Positions 1-9,861 of a stretch of 64,000 bases of DNA are shown in pieces. Origin of the DNA: an uncultured bacterium (GTDB lineage Bacteria > Verrucomicrobiota > Verrucomicrobiia > Verrucomicrobiales > DEV007); the NCBI GenBank assembly GCA_963977015.1, contig CAXBMO010000002.1, forward strand, positions 224,001-288,000. Direction: 5' to 3'. The first letter of the stretch is position 1; the number at the start of each line of letters is the position of its first letter. The translations under genes were made by a program, and so were the position numbers. Under the pieces are notes generated by a model. It worked only from the letters and a program-made list of their open reading frames with translations. It did not search any database and had not been told where the DNA came from.

Positions 1-41
1 ACTCGCCTCTGCCGCATCCCCAAGGTCCTTCTGGATGAACT

Positions 42-551
42 TCATGCCGCAGCAGATTGAGGTTGGTAGGAAACGGCATATTTGATCGCCGTTCCAAACG
101 CGAGAACCTCAACGCCGCCCACCCCGTTCTTCCGATCGTGAACCGAGGCGATATTGGACGTGACAATGCGAAGATTGACAATGATGTGGCAATCCGGGGC
201 CTGCTCCTTCAATCGCAGGATCGCCTCCCGTTTGCCCCGATCGAGCAAGCTTTCGTAGGACCTGATATTCCCACCAAAGATGTTCCGAAACCCCGCCAGG
301 ATGCGTTTGAAGTGATCAAGCGAAACGACCACGGAAGAGGAGACCAGACGTGAGTCCAAAACAGTTGCCGCGGGATCCCACGTTGAGGTCGGCACCGCCG
401 GATAATGATTCATCGCCGCCTCGCGATCGCGGATCGAGCGGAAATGCTGTTGCTCCAGATACCGGCCAATGAACATCGCACCGATCGCAAAGATGACCGG
501 AAACGAGTAGGCGACCAAGATAAATATCAGCTCTGCAGTTGAGTCATCCAT
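42..551 (-). CDS. YbjQ (UPF0145) family protein with N-terminal transmembrane helix
   Basis: Contains LAGFRNIFGGNIRSYESLLDRGKREAILRLKEQA...IVNLRI...VEVLAFGTA, typical of YbjQ, preceded by a hydrophobic helix. Confidence 0.85.
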   Translation of the reverse strand: MDDSTAELIFILVAYSFPVIFAIGAMFIGRYLEQQHFRSIRDREAAMNHYPAVPTSTWDPAATVLDSRLVSSSVVVSLDHFKRILAGFRNIFGGNIRSYESLLDRGKREAILRLKEQAPDCHIIVNLRIVTSNIASVHDRKNGVGGVEVLAFGTAIKYAVSYQPQSAAA

Positions 552-569
552 GGCAAGAGTCGGTCTGGA

Positions 570-935
570 TTAACCCATTGCAGGTGGAACCGGAATTGCA
601 GGAACCGAAGCGCCGCCGGCAGACTGGACCTGAACTGCGGTCCCATAAACGTAGAGTTCGGCAGCTCCCTGCGTAACCGCTGACGTCGAAAATCGCACAT
701 TGACGATGGCATTGGCTCCGAGTGTTTGAGCCTGTTGGATCATGCGCTCGACCGCCTGCTTCCGCGCGTCTTCAAGGAGTTCGGTATAACCTTTCAACTC
801 ACCGCCAACGATGTTCTTAAGCCCGGCGGCGATGTCTCTCCCGACGTGCTTCGCTCGAACGGTGTTTCCCGAGACCAACCCGAAGTGGGCCACGATTTGC
901 TGTCCGGGGATGGTTTCAATATTGGAAATAAGCAT
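570..935 (-). CDS. YbjQ (UPF0145) family protein
   Basis: Canonical YbjQ sequence: GLVSGNTVRAKHVGRDIAAGLKNIVGGELKGYTELL...GANAIVNVRF...ELYVYGTAV. Confidence 0.92.
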   Translation of the reverse strand: MLISNIETIPGQQIVAHFGLVSGNTVRAKHVGRDIAAGLKNIVGGELKGYTELLEDARKQAVERMIQQAQTLGANAIVNVRFSTSAVTQGAAELYVYGTAVQVQSAGGASVPAIPVPPAMG

Positions 936-1081
936 GGCAGTGGTTTTCTACAGGAATCGAGGCTGGACTTTATTGTCCGGTTAGGCAAGCGGCATTTTAT
1001 TTTCACCGGGCGATCGACCAACGCTGGCTTCGGAACAAATTTTTCGCTTCGCATCTGGTTTAAACTTGTTAGCTTTCAAGC

Positions 1082-2332
1082 ATGAGTCGTTTTCTGGTTT
1101 TTGCCCTTTTTTCCCTTTTGGGCTCGGCATTCGGGCAGAGGGATTTCGAGTTCGAATGCTCGCTGGATGCGCTGGTCAACATTCCCGAGAACTGGGAGAT
1201 GACGCCGAAGGATCTCGACGAGGCGTTTTCGAAGCCGGAAAGCATGAAGGAAAACGTGTATTTCACGTGGCTGACCAAAAATCGTGACCGCGCTCACTTC
1301 ATCCGTCAGCCCTATTCGAACGTGACGGTCGATTTGAGCCTGTTCGGGGGAGAAGTTCCGGTGGAGGAGGCGGTTGCCGATTTCGACGATGGCAAGCTTC
1401 TCGGAGTCACGTTTTCCGTTTACAACCGGGGTGATTCCGGTCCTGAAGGAATTGATCTGGAGGAGTTTCAGCGTCGATTCAAGCTCTGCGGACAGATGCT
1501 GGGCAAGAACCTGGAAGTCCGCCCCTTCCAACGCAAGGCCAACCCAACCCAGGGACTGCTGACGGAAGGTTGGACGTTCATTTCCAGTCACGGAATGGCC
1601 GTGGTTGAACACAATCCCGAGGCAATGACCGGCCAGGCCGAATTTCTCCGCATGCGAATCATGCGACGGGATGCCAAGGGAGCGATGGCGGCGGCGATGC
1701 AAAGCCGAAGTGGCGCGTCCGTGCGGTTGAGTGACTTGCCAGCAAATGTGACACGAAATCCGGACGGCGATATCTACATCGCAGGCATTCCGATGGTGGA
1801 TCAGGGACCAAAGGGATACTGCGTCGTGGCGTCGGCACAGCGACTCTTCGAGTATTACGGAATTCCCTGCGATCAGCATCAACTGGCCCAGATTGCAGGA
1901 ACGACCGCCTCAGGCGGAACGAGCACCCTTGCGATGAGCGAGGCGCTGGGAAAGATCGACCATCGCTTCAAAACGCGGTTCAAAGCGTTGGGAATGCTCG
2001 CGACGAACGGGAAACTCTACGAACCGGACCGCGATATGCGGCTGAAAAATGACTTTGAAGCGAACGACTTTGAGAAGGCAATCCAGCGTTACGTGGACGA
2101 CGGCATTCCTCTCCTGTGGGCGCTGACATTGGGCCGTTTTCCCGAGGAGCCTTCCATTTCCCTGCAAGCCACCGGTGGTCACATGCGAATGATCATCGGT
2201 TACAACCCCGAAAGCGGAGATGTGCTCTTCTCCGACTCATGGGGCGCTGGGCACGAGGTCAAACGGATGAAGCTGGATCACGCTTTTCAGGCAACACACG
2301 GGCTTTTCGTGATGCATCCCACCACGCGCTGA
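1082..2332 (+). CDS. Secreted C39-like (papain-fold) cysteine peptidase
   Basis: Signal peptide. The C-terminal domain has DQGPKGYC (Gln/Cys), DQHQLAQ, GHMRMIIGY (His) and FSDSWG (Asp). Confidence 0.75.
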   Translation: MSRFLVFALFSLLGSAFGQRDFEFECSLDALVNIPENWEMTPKDLDEAFSKPESMKENVYFTWLTKNRDRAHFIRQPYSNVTVDLSLFGGEVPVEEAVADFDDGKLLGVTFSVYNRGDSGPEGIDLEEFQRRFKLCGQMLGKNLEVRPFQRKANPTQGLLTEGWTFISSHGMAVVEHNPEAMTGQAEFLRMRIMRRDAKGAMAAAMQSRSGASVRLSDLPANVTRNPDGDIYIAGIPMVDQGPKGYCVVASAQRLFEYYGIPCDQHQLAQIAGTTASGGTSTLAMSEALGKIDHRFKTRFKALGMLATNGKLYEPDRDMRLKNDFEANDFEKAIQRYVDDGIPLLWALTLGRFPEEPSISLQATGGHMRMIIGYNPESGDVLFSDSWGAGHEVKRMKLDHAFQATHGLFVMHPTTR

Positions 2333-2552
2333 CCAGGTCGAGCGGAAGCTCGATCCCACGGAAAAATCAGGCCGAAGTCAGGCCCGCCTGAAGCCCGCAA
2401 GGAAGGCGCTCCCGGTTGAATCCGAGAACCGCAGCATCACACTAGCATTACGAGAAGGAATTTTTCATAATTTTCGCAATTTGGATCTTTCATAAAATAT
2501 CAAGTGATGTTAATATTCATACCGGTTCCTTTTCCTTTTTGCTGCTTCTCCT

Positions 2553-3281
2553 ATGACTTTCACTCCATCCATCGGCCAGAGTCCGGATGACGACGAAGAA
2601 CATGACGACTGTTTTTTGCCCAGTCACCCTCAAACTCAATCCCAGCCCCAGTTCCAACCTGAAATCCACACCTTCCACGCCAATGCGGCCGCGGCACCTT
2701 CAGGGTTCTATCAGGGGGATACCGGCTACCACGCGGAGCAAGACTCCACCACGTCCTTCGAACGCAAGGTTCACCATGCCCAACACGAACTGAACACCCT
2801 GCGCCAACAGCGCGACCACGTGATTCAGCAAAAGCAGGCGTGGCAGCAAATCCACGAGCGTCGATCAAAGTTTCAGGAGGAGCGCCGCGACCTCATGGAC
2901 CGGCTCTCCCGTTCCATCGTCGAGTATGAAGAAGGAGCGGCCCAAGCAGTTCGTCAGGCCGACGCCATGAATTTGGCCGCCGATTCGTTTCGGCGCCACT
3001 TGGCGGTGATCGAGACAATTCACCCGGAAAATTGGAATGATGACGAGATCCATCTCGAGTTGAGCCGCGCCCAATCCATCATGGATGAAGCACTGGACGA
3101 CTACAGTTCCGCGGTGACCAAAATTTCGAGTCTGGGTGTCAAGGGACGCAGCTCACTCGCCAAATCCAAGCTGGCGGGCAACTACGTTCAATCACTTCGC
3201 TCAGGTCTACTCTCGTGGCTGCCGTTGCTCATTCTCGGCATCGTTGCCGCCGTCTTGATCGCCACGGCACTCAGTCGATGA
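2553..3281 (+). CDS. Hypothetical coiled-coil protein with C-terminal transmembrane anchor
   Basis: 242-aa ORF with a Q/E/R-rich helical centre and a hydrophobic tail, behind an AT-rich upstream region. Confidence 0.7.
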   Translation: MTFTPSIGQSPDDDEEHDDCFLPSHPQTQSQPQFQPEIHTFHANAAAAPSGFYQGDTGYHAEQDSTTSFERKVHHAQHELNTLRQQRDHVIQQKQAWQQIHERRSKFQEERRDLMDRLSRSIVEYEEGAAQAVRQADAMNLAADSFRRHLAVIETIHPENWNDDEIHLELSRAQSIMDEALDDYSSAVTKISSLGVKGRSSLAKSKLAGNYVQSLRSGLLSWLPLLILGIVAAVLIATALSR

Positions 3282-3508
3282 ATTCGCGCAAGAAGCTCAA
3301 CGAGTTGAACCAGGTGGAGCATCGACTGAATGCCCGTATTGAAGCCCTGGAACAAGTCGTTTCGCGATCCGCGAAGCCAACTCAACGCAACTCGCCGCTT
3401 CGCAGGAAGCCTGTGAACCCTTCCGAGCGCGAGCACTTCCGCCAGTTTCTCATGCTGCTCGGCATCCTGATCGGCGTTGCACTCTGGATGCTTTATCTGG
3501 CGACCTGA
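3278..3508 (+). CDS. Small hypothetical protein with C-terminal transmembrane helix
   Basis: ATGA start/stop overlap with the upstream gene at 3278-3281; short coiled coil followed by FLMLLGILIGVALWMLYL. Confidence 0.65.
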   Translation: MNSRKKLNELNQVEHRLNARIEALEQVVSRSAKPTQRNSPLRRKPVNPSEREHFRQFLMLLGILIGVALWMLYLAT

Positions 3509-3552
3509 GTCTGATAGATTTCCGACTCTCTGCGGGTGTATGGGGCTTGAAA

Positions 3553-4794
3553 ATGCCCAACTTGCCCTTCACCACCGCCCTCGCCTTTTTCGCCACGCTT
3601 TTCACAACTTCCGGTGCGGAGAATTGGCCCGGCTGGCGCGGCCCTCGCGGTGACGGATCGGCGAACGCACCAAATCTTCCGGTCGAGTGGTCGGTTGAGT
3701 CCGATGTGCGTTGGAAGGTCGAACTTCCAGGCAAGGGCCATTCCTCCCCCATCATCTGGGAAGATCGCATTTTTGTGGTGACCGGGATCGAGGAATCCAG
3801 TGAGCGGATCCTTCAATGCCTGGATCGCACGAGCGGAAAAGAGATCTGGCGAAAAACGGTTTTGAAGTCGCCGTTCGAAGGCATTCATCGCCTCAACAGC
3901 CGGGCCTCCAGCACTCCCTCCACCGATGGCGAACTCGTTTTTGTGAGCTTCCTCGACGGGGAAAACATGTTCATCGCGGCTTACGACTTTGAGGGCACCC
4001 AGATCTGGACGAAGCGACCGGGAGTCTTCTCCAGCAAACATGGATACTGCTCCAGCCCGATACTTTGGAACGACAAGGTCATCATCAACGGGGATCACGA
4101 CGGCAACGCCTACCTCGTGGCGCTCGATCGCAAGACCGGGGAAACGATTTGGAAGACGGACCGCCCCAACAAGACGCGGAGCTATTGCACGCCGATCATC
4201 CGCCGAATCGGAGGTCGCAACCAGATGATCCTGAGCGGGAGCAAATCCGTCGCCAGTTTTGATCCGGACACCGGCAGGCAACACTGGGTCATGGACGGTC
4301 CCACCGAGCAGTTCGTCGCTTCGCTCGTTTACAACGGCAAGTATCTGTTCCTGACCTGCGGATTCCCAGAACGCCACATGATGGCGATTCGCCCCGATGG
4401 AAGCGGGAACGTCACGGATTCCGCCATCGTCTGGCGAACGACCAAGGGCGCGAGTTATGTCCCGAGCCCCGTCGCAATCGGCGACTACTTTCTCGTGGTC
4501 GCAGACAATGGCGTTGCCAGTTGCTTTGCCGCAGAATCCGGTGAGCGACTCTGGCAGGATCGCCTGATCTCCACGAGCGGCCTCTCGCCCAAACACAGTG
4601 CATCGATGCTCGCCGCAAACGGTCTCGCCTATTTTCTTTCCGATTCCGGAGTGATGACGGTCGTAAAACCCGGGCCGAACCTGGAAATCGTCGGCCAAAG
4701 CTTCCTCGGCGAAGAAACGTATGCGTCTCCGGCGGTTTATGGCGACCACCTCTTCATTCGTGGGGACAAGCACCTGTATTGCATCGGCAAATAA
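3553..4794 (+). CDS. PQQ-binding-like (BamB-like) beta-propeller protein, secreted
   Basis: Signal peptide, AENWPGWRGP start, repeated ALDRKTGETIW-type blades, and SSP/ASP motifs. Confidence 0.9.
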   Translation: MPNLPFTTALAFFATLFTTSGAENWPGWRGPRGDGSANAPNLPVEWSVESDVRWKVELPGKGHSSPIIWEDRIFVVTGIEESSERILQCLDRTSGKEIWRKTVLKSPFEGIHRLNSRASSTPSTDGELVFVSFLDGENMFIAAYDFEGTQIWTKRPGVFSSKHGYCSSPILWNDKVIINGDHDGNAYLVALDRKTGETIWKTDRPNKTRSYCTPIIRRIGGRNQMILSGSKSVASFDPDTGRQHWVMDGPTEQFVASLVYNGKYLFLTCGFPERHMMAIRPDGSGNVTDSAIVWRTTKGASYVPSPVAIGDYFLVVADNGVASCFAAESGERLWQDRLISTSGLSPKHSASMLAANGLAYFLSDSGVMTVVKPGPNLEIVGQSFLGEETYASPAVYGDHLFIRGDKHLYCIGK

Positions 4795-4866
4795 GCCTGC
4801 GGGCTTCTGGGGGAGATCCGAAGGAATTGGGCTTCCAAATCCCGGGATTCTTGATTCAATGGCACC

Positions 4867-6369
4867 GTGTCAGCCCACTCGCCAACTCCGCTGCTCGCGA
4901 TGCGCGGAATTTCGAAAAGCTTCCCGGGAGTTCAGGCACTACGAGACGTCGATCTGACCTTGGAAGCGGGGGAGGTTTTGGCGCTTTCCGGCGAGAATGG
5001 CGCAGGAAAGAGCACGCTCATCAAAGTGCTCGGCGGCGCGCATTTGCCCACTTCTGGCGAGGTTATGCTCAAGGGAAAAACCATCACCCTTTCCTCTCCA
5101 ACGATTTCTCAGGAAGCGGGAATCGCGATCATTTACCAGGAATTCAATCTGATCCCGGACATGACGGTTCGGGAGAACCTCTTTCTCGGCCGCGAAATCA
5201 TCGGAAGATTCGGACTGATTGATGAAGAGGCGGAACGCACCCAAGCAAAGGCGTTGTTTCACCGCATCGGAATCAAGATCGATCCGGAAACGCGCTGTCG
5301 TGACCTTACCGTTGCCCAGCAACAGATGGTTGAAATCGCCAAAGCCCTGTTGGTCGATGCGAAAATCCTGGTGATGGACGAACCCTCCGCAGCGCTGACC
5401 GAACAGGAGGTAACCCGGCTGTTGGAAATCATCGGTGAGCTACGCCGCGACGGAATCGGAATGATCTACATCAGCCATCGCCTCGACGAGATTTACCAAA
5501 TTGCCGACCGGGTCACGATTTTGCGCGATGGTGCGACGGTCGGAGGCGGCACGACAGGGGAAATCGACCGCAACCAACTCATCGAGTTGATGGTCGGTCG
5601 CAGCCTCGAAAAGGAATTTCCGCCCCGAAGCTCAACTCCCGGGAACGAGAAGCTGCGGGTCGAAAACCTGAGCCGCCGTCCTTCCGTTCAAGATGTCAGC
5701 TTTGCCGTTCGAACCGGGGAAGTATTGGGACTGGCCGGCCTGGTCGGCGCGGGGCGAACCGAAACCGCACGCCTCATTTTCGGAGCAGACACTCCCGATG
5801 CCGGACGCATTTTTCTCGATGGAAAAGAGATCCCCGTCAAATCGCCGCGCGATGCGATTCGGCAACGGATCTGCCTGCTCACCGAAGACCGCAAGGGGCA
5901 GGGACTCGTGCTCTCCCACAACGTGCGGGAAAACTTTGGCCTGCCCAATCTTCAAGAATTTGAAAACCGGCTGTTCATCGATGGGAAAGCCGAAGCAGCA
6001 GCGTTGACAGCTTACGTCGAAAAGCTCCGAATCAAGATTTCCGGCCATGGTCAATCGGCGGGGAACCTGTCCGGCGGCAACCAACAGAAGGTCGTTCTGG
6101 CGAAGTGGCTGCAACGCAACGCAGACGTCCTCATTTTCGACGAACCGACTCGCGGAATTGACGTCGGCGCGAAGTTTGAAATTTACCGCCTGATCAACGC
6201 GCTGGTCGAAGCGGGCAAAGCGATCATTCTCATCAGCAGCGAACTTCCCGAAATCCTTGGCATGAGTGACCGCATCCTCGTCATGCACGAAGGCAAGATT
6301 CGGGGTGAAGTGACCGATGTGCCAAACGCGACTCAACACGACATTCTCAGCCTCGCGATCCATTCATGA
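4867..6369 (+). CDS. Monosaccharide ABC transporter ATP-binding protein (RbsA-like, two NBDs)
   Basis: Motifs GENGAGKST, VMDEP, LSGGNQQKV and DEPTRGIDVGAK. Substrate not determinable. Confidence 0.95.
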   Translation: MSAHSPTPLLAMRGISKSFPGVQALRDVDLTLEAGEVLALSGENGAGKSTLIKVLGGAHLPTSGEVMLKGKTITLSSPTISQEAGIAIIYQEFNLIPDMTVRENLFLGREIIGRFGLIDEEAERTQAKALFHRIGIKIDPETRCRDLTVAQQQMVEIAKALLVDAKILVMDEPSAALTEQEVTRLLEIIGELRRDGIGMIYISHRLDEIYQIADRVTILRDGATVGGGTTGEIDRNQLIELMVGRSLEKEFPPRSSTPGNEKLRVENLSRRPSVQDVSFAVRTGEVLGLAGLVGAGRTETARLIFGADTPDAGRIFLDGKEIPVKSPRDAIRQRICLLTEDRKGQGLVLSHNVRENFGLPNLQEFENRLFIDGKAEAAALTAYVEKLRIKISGHGQSAGNLSGGNQQKVVLAKWLQRNADVLIFDEPTRGIDVGAKFEIYRLINALVEAGKAIILISSELPEILGMSDRILVMHEGKIRGEVTDVPNATQHDILSLAIHS

Positions 6370-7700
6370 AGCAGAAACTCCTCAACGACTACGGCATGGT
6401 TCTGGTGCTGATGGCGCTTTGCCTCCTTTTCAGTCTGGCGACGATTCGCAGGGAATCGGGAAATGGACCCGCCGCAGTCAAAGAACTCGTCTCCGGGCTT
6501 GAGCGACATTCCAAGGCTCATCAAATCGCGATCATTGCCGGTGCGGCGAATTCGGCTTCGGAAGCTCTCGCCCGGAAAGTTGCCAAGGAGATGGAGAGCA
6601 AAGGGAATCTCCAGACTCAGCTCGTGATTGGCAGTCCACGCGATCTCAAACTCGCAGTCGAAGGCATCCAGGCGGCGAACCAGGATCTTGGCGCCATCGC
6701 CATTGGTGGAGATGCCGCAAAGTGGCGGGTTCTGGAGCAAATCCCGGAGAACTTCCCCCGATTCGCCGATGCCAGGATCCTCATTCCCAGCGAGGGCTGG
6801 CAATCCAGTTTTCTCAAAGGCAGCAATCTCATCGCGGTGGTCGATCGCATTGTGGTGATCGCCGTTATCGCCATTGGCATGACGTTCGTCATCATCACGG
6901 GCGGGATTGATCTTTCGGTCGGCAGCTTGATCGCATTCTCGGCCGTGATCAGCACGCTGGTCATGAAAAAACTGGGCGGGCTCGACGCATCGGCCGGGGT
7001 CGTGCTTCTGGGCTTCGCGGCCGGAACCGTGGCATGCGGATTGGTCGGGGCCGGCACGGGCGCCCTGATCGCGAGATTCAAGGTTGCCCCGTTTATCGTC
7101 ACTCTGGGAGTGATGATGATTGCCAGTGGCCTGGCCTTTAAGGTCACCGGTGGGTTTTCGATCTATCAGGTTCCCAAAACCCTCCCCTGGCTGGGGCAGG
7201 CTCGAACCCTGGGCCTGCCAAATACGGTTCTGGTATTGATCTTCCTCTACGTAACCGCCCACATTTTCATGACCCACACGCGGTTGGGCCGCTACATTTA
7301 CGCAGTGGGCGGAAATGCCGAAGCCGCGCGCCTCTCCGGAGTTCCCGTCAAATGGGTCACCGCATTTGTCTATGTCGTCAGCGGAATCATGGCCGGAATT
7401 GGTGGATGCATCCAAGCCTCTCAGGTCAATACCGGAACCCCTACCATGGGCGAAATGTATGAGCTCTACGTCATCGCCGCGGTCGTGGTCGGCGGCACCA
7501 GCCTCTCCGGCGGGTCCGGAAGGATCATCGGCACCCTGATCGGCGCGTTCATCATCGCCGTGATTCAAAACGGCATGAACCTGCTCGGGATTGACGCCTA
7601 CACGCAGAAGGTGGTGCTCGGCTCCGTCATTATCGGAGCCGTGCTGCTCGATCGCGCCCGGCAGGAAGGCGGACTCGCAAATCTGTTTTTATCAACGTGA
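6366..7700 (+). CDS. Monosaccharide ABC transporter permease (RbsC-like) with a ~120-aa insertion
   Basis: Motifs GMTFVIITGGIDLSVGS, GRYIYAVGGNAEAARLSGV and YELYVIAAVVVGGTSLSGG. ATGA overlap with the ATPase gene. Confidence 0.93.
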   Translation: MKQKLLNDYGMVLVLMALCLLFSLATIRRESGNGPAAVKELVSGLERHSKAHQIAIIAGAANSASEALARKVAKEMESKGNLQTQLVIGSPRDLKLAVEGIQAANQDLGAIAIGGDAAKWRVLEQIPENFPRFADARILIPSEGWQSSFLKGSNLIAVVDRIVVIAVIAIGMTFVIITGGIDLSVGSLIAFSAVISTLVMKKLGGLDASAGVVLLGFAAGTVACGLVGAGTGALIARFKVAPFIVTLGVMMIASGLAFKVTGGFSIYQVPKTLPWLGQARTLGLPNTVLVLIFLYVTAHIFMTHTRLGRYIYAVGGNAEAARLSGVPVKWVTAFVYVVSGIMAGIGGCIQASQVNTGTPTMGEMYELYVIAAVVVGGTSLSGGSGRIIGTLIGAFIIAVIQNGMNLLGIDAYTQKVVLGSVIIGAVLLDRARQEGGLANLFLST

Positions 7701-7767
7701 GCGAGTCCTCGACAGGTTGACACCGGGCATTGTTGAACCACGATGGGGACATCACCCATCCCACCTT

Positions 7768-8574
7768 ATGCAAACCAGCGGCTCCCTTCGCCCTCCCCAA
7801 TTCCTGATCATCGGAGCCCAGAAATGCGGCAGCTCCTGGTTGTTCTTTCAACTCAATCAGAGCCCTCAGATCTCGATGAATCCGTTGAAGGAAACGCACT
7901 TTTTCATCAAATACGAGGATCCTACCGATGAAGAGTTTGAGGATTATCTGCGCTCCTTTGAGGGGCCGCCAGACTCCATGCTCGGCGAAGCAACCCCGTC
8001 CTACCTGGTTTCTCCTCCGACGGAGGCAACTGAGAAATATCTCCCCTACCTCGGCCAGTTCTTTTTTACGCCGGCGAAGTCCATCAAGAAACGGCTGGGT
8101 CCCAATGTGAAACTGATCGTCACGGTGAAGGATCCGGTGGAGAGAGCGGCTTCCGCCTTCTTTCATCACGTGAATCAGGGACGAATTGAACCCGGCAAAA
8201 CCCTGACCGATCTCGGCAACTTTGGCGGCATCCTTTACCTTGGGTTCTATGGCCAGCATCTCAGTTACTGGCTCCAGCACTTTCCCATCGAGAACTTCCT
8301 CTTCACCTCGCTCTCCGAGATCAAGGAAGACCCCGCTTCCGTGTTGGAAAGGATCGGTGAATTTCTCGAAATCCCCTCCTATCAGGCGCCCCCAACGCTT
8401 CAGCATGGGAAGTACACCAATCCCATGAAAAAGGTCAAAACCGATGAGGGAATTGTGATCGAGGGCATGGAAAACTCCCCACGAATCACGAAGGAGGAAT
8501 TGACCTTCCTCCGCGATCTCTATGCTGAAGACTCCGCCAGGTTCAATGAACTGGTGGGACGCAAACTGCTCTAG
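7768..8574 (+). CDS. PAPS-dependent sulfotransferase
   Basis: FLIIGAQKCGSSWL (5'-PSB loop), KETHFF, GEATPSY and DPVERAAS (3'-PB). Start placed at ATG 7768. Confidence 0.88.
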   Translation: MQTSGSLRPPQFLIIGAQKCGSSWLFFQLNQSPQISMNPLKETHFFIKYEDPTDEEFEDYLRSFEGPPDSMLGEATPSYLVSPPTEATEKYLPYLGQFFFTPAKSIKKRLGPNVKLIVTVKDPVERAASAFFHHVNQGRIEPGKTLTDLGNFGGILYLGFYGQHLSYWLQHFPIENFLFTSLSEIKEDPASVLERIGEFLEIPSYQAPPTLQHGKYTNPMKKVKTDEGIVIEGMENSPRITKEELTFLRDLYAEDSARFNELVGRKLL

Positions 8575-8581
8575 GCGATCG

Positions 8582-9769
8582 TTACTCGCCTGCGGTGGTT
8601 GCTCGAATGGGATCTGTCTCCGCGTCGTAATCGACACCTTTCAGCCCAAATCCGAACAGGCGGAGAAACTCCGATTGATACCCGGCAAAGTCGGAAATCT
8701 CGTTGAGGTTCTCGGTGTTGACGTCGTTCCAGAGCTTCTCGACGGCGGACTGAACGTCGTCGCGCATTTCCCAATCATCGATCCGAATCCGTCCTTTCTC
8801 GTCGAGCTTCGGCGCATCTCCGCTGGCCAAATGATCGGCAAAGAGACGTTCAATCTGCTCGATGCAACCTTCGTGAATTCCACGCTCTTTCATGTCCTTG
8901 TAAAGGAGGGAAATGTAGAGAGGAACAACCGGAATCGCTGAACTCGCCTGGGTGACGAGCGCTTTGTTGACGGAAACGTAAGCGGTTCCTTCGCCGAGTT
9001 TCTGATTGAGTCGCGCGCAGGATTCTTCCAGGTGCTCCTTCGCTTTGCCGATCGTTCCGTTGGTGTAGATCGGGTAGGTGAGATCCGGCCCAATGTAGGA
9101 ATAGGCTACGGTTTTGACTCCATCGGCAAGAAGATCGGCATCGGCGAGGGCTTCCATCCAGAGTTCCCAGTCTTCGCCACCCATGACTTTGACGGTGTTT
9201 GCGACATCCTCGTCGGTGGCCGGCTCGATCGACACCTGCTCCACTTCGCCCTTATCGGTATTGAGCGTTTTCTGCGTATAGGTCTGGCCGATCGGCTTGA
9301 GGCAGGATTTGTAAACCTGGCCATCGCTCGGATCCACCCGGCGGGGAGATGCCAGGCTGTAGACCACCATGTCGACTTTTCCGAGATCTTCGCGAATCGC
9401 GGCCAACACCTGCTCCTTCATCTCGTTGGAAAAGGCGTCCCCGTTGAAGCTGCGCGCATACAGGCCCTCTTCTTTGGCGGCTTCCTCAAAACCGGCGGTA
9501 TTGTACCAACCCGCGCTTCCCGTTTTTCTCTCCGTGCCAGGTTTTTCGAAGAAAACGCCGATCGTCTTGGCGCCCCCGCCAAAGGCAGGAACGATTCGAG
9601 AGGCGAGTCCATATCCGGTCGAACTTCCGATCACGAGCACGTTTTTCGGCGGATTTTTCAGCTTAGGCTGGGATTTTACGTAGTCAATCTGCTCGCGCAC
9701 ATTGGCGGCACATCCTTCAGGATGGGCCGTCGTGCAGATGAATCCTCGAATTTTGGGCTGGATGATCAT
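8582..9769 (-). CDS. fabV: Enoyl-ACP / trans-2-enoyl-CoA reductase FabV
   Basis: Motifs RGFICTTAHPEGC, GSSTGYGLASRI, VMGGEDW, YSYIG and ALVTQASSAIP. Confidence 0.96.
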   Translation of the reverse strand: MIIQPKIRGFICTTAHPEGCAANVREQIDYVKSQPKLKNPPKNVLVIGSSTGYGLASRIVPAFGGGAKTIGVFFEKPGTERKTGSAGWYNTAGFEEAAKEEGLYARSFNGDAFSNEMKEQVLAAIREDLGKVDMVVYSLASPRRVDPSDGQVYKSCLKPIGQTYTQKTLNTDKGEVEQVSIEPATDEDVANTVKVMGGEDWELWMEALADADLLADGVKTVAYSYIGPDLTYPIYTNGTIGKAKEHLEESCARLNQKLGEGTAYVSVNKALVTQASSAIPVVPLYISLLYKDMKERGIHEGCIEQIERLFADHLASGDAPKLDEKGRIRIDDWEMRDDVQSAVEKLWNDVNTENLNEISDFAGYQSEFLRLFGFGLKGVDYDAETDPIRATTAGE

Positions 9770-9861
9770 TGCTCAAATCTCTAATCCTGAGATGTCGCTA
9801 GTGCAAGACCGTCGGTTTGCGAAATCCGATTTTCCTGTGCCAACCTCAGTCCCCCACCCCC

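Noticed and set aside
42..935. Tandem YbjQ genes as a novelty
   Set aside because: Pairs of one soluble and one membrane-anchored YbjQ protein are a familiar arrangement.
2333..2460. Riboswitch-like element after the C39 gene (GGTCGAGC-GGAA-GCTCGATC hairpin at 2336-2355)
   Set aside because: There is only one clear hairpin and no match to aptamer consensus sequences I know; it is probably a transcript-end structure.
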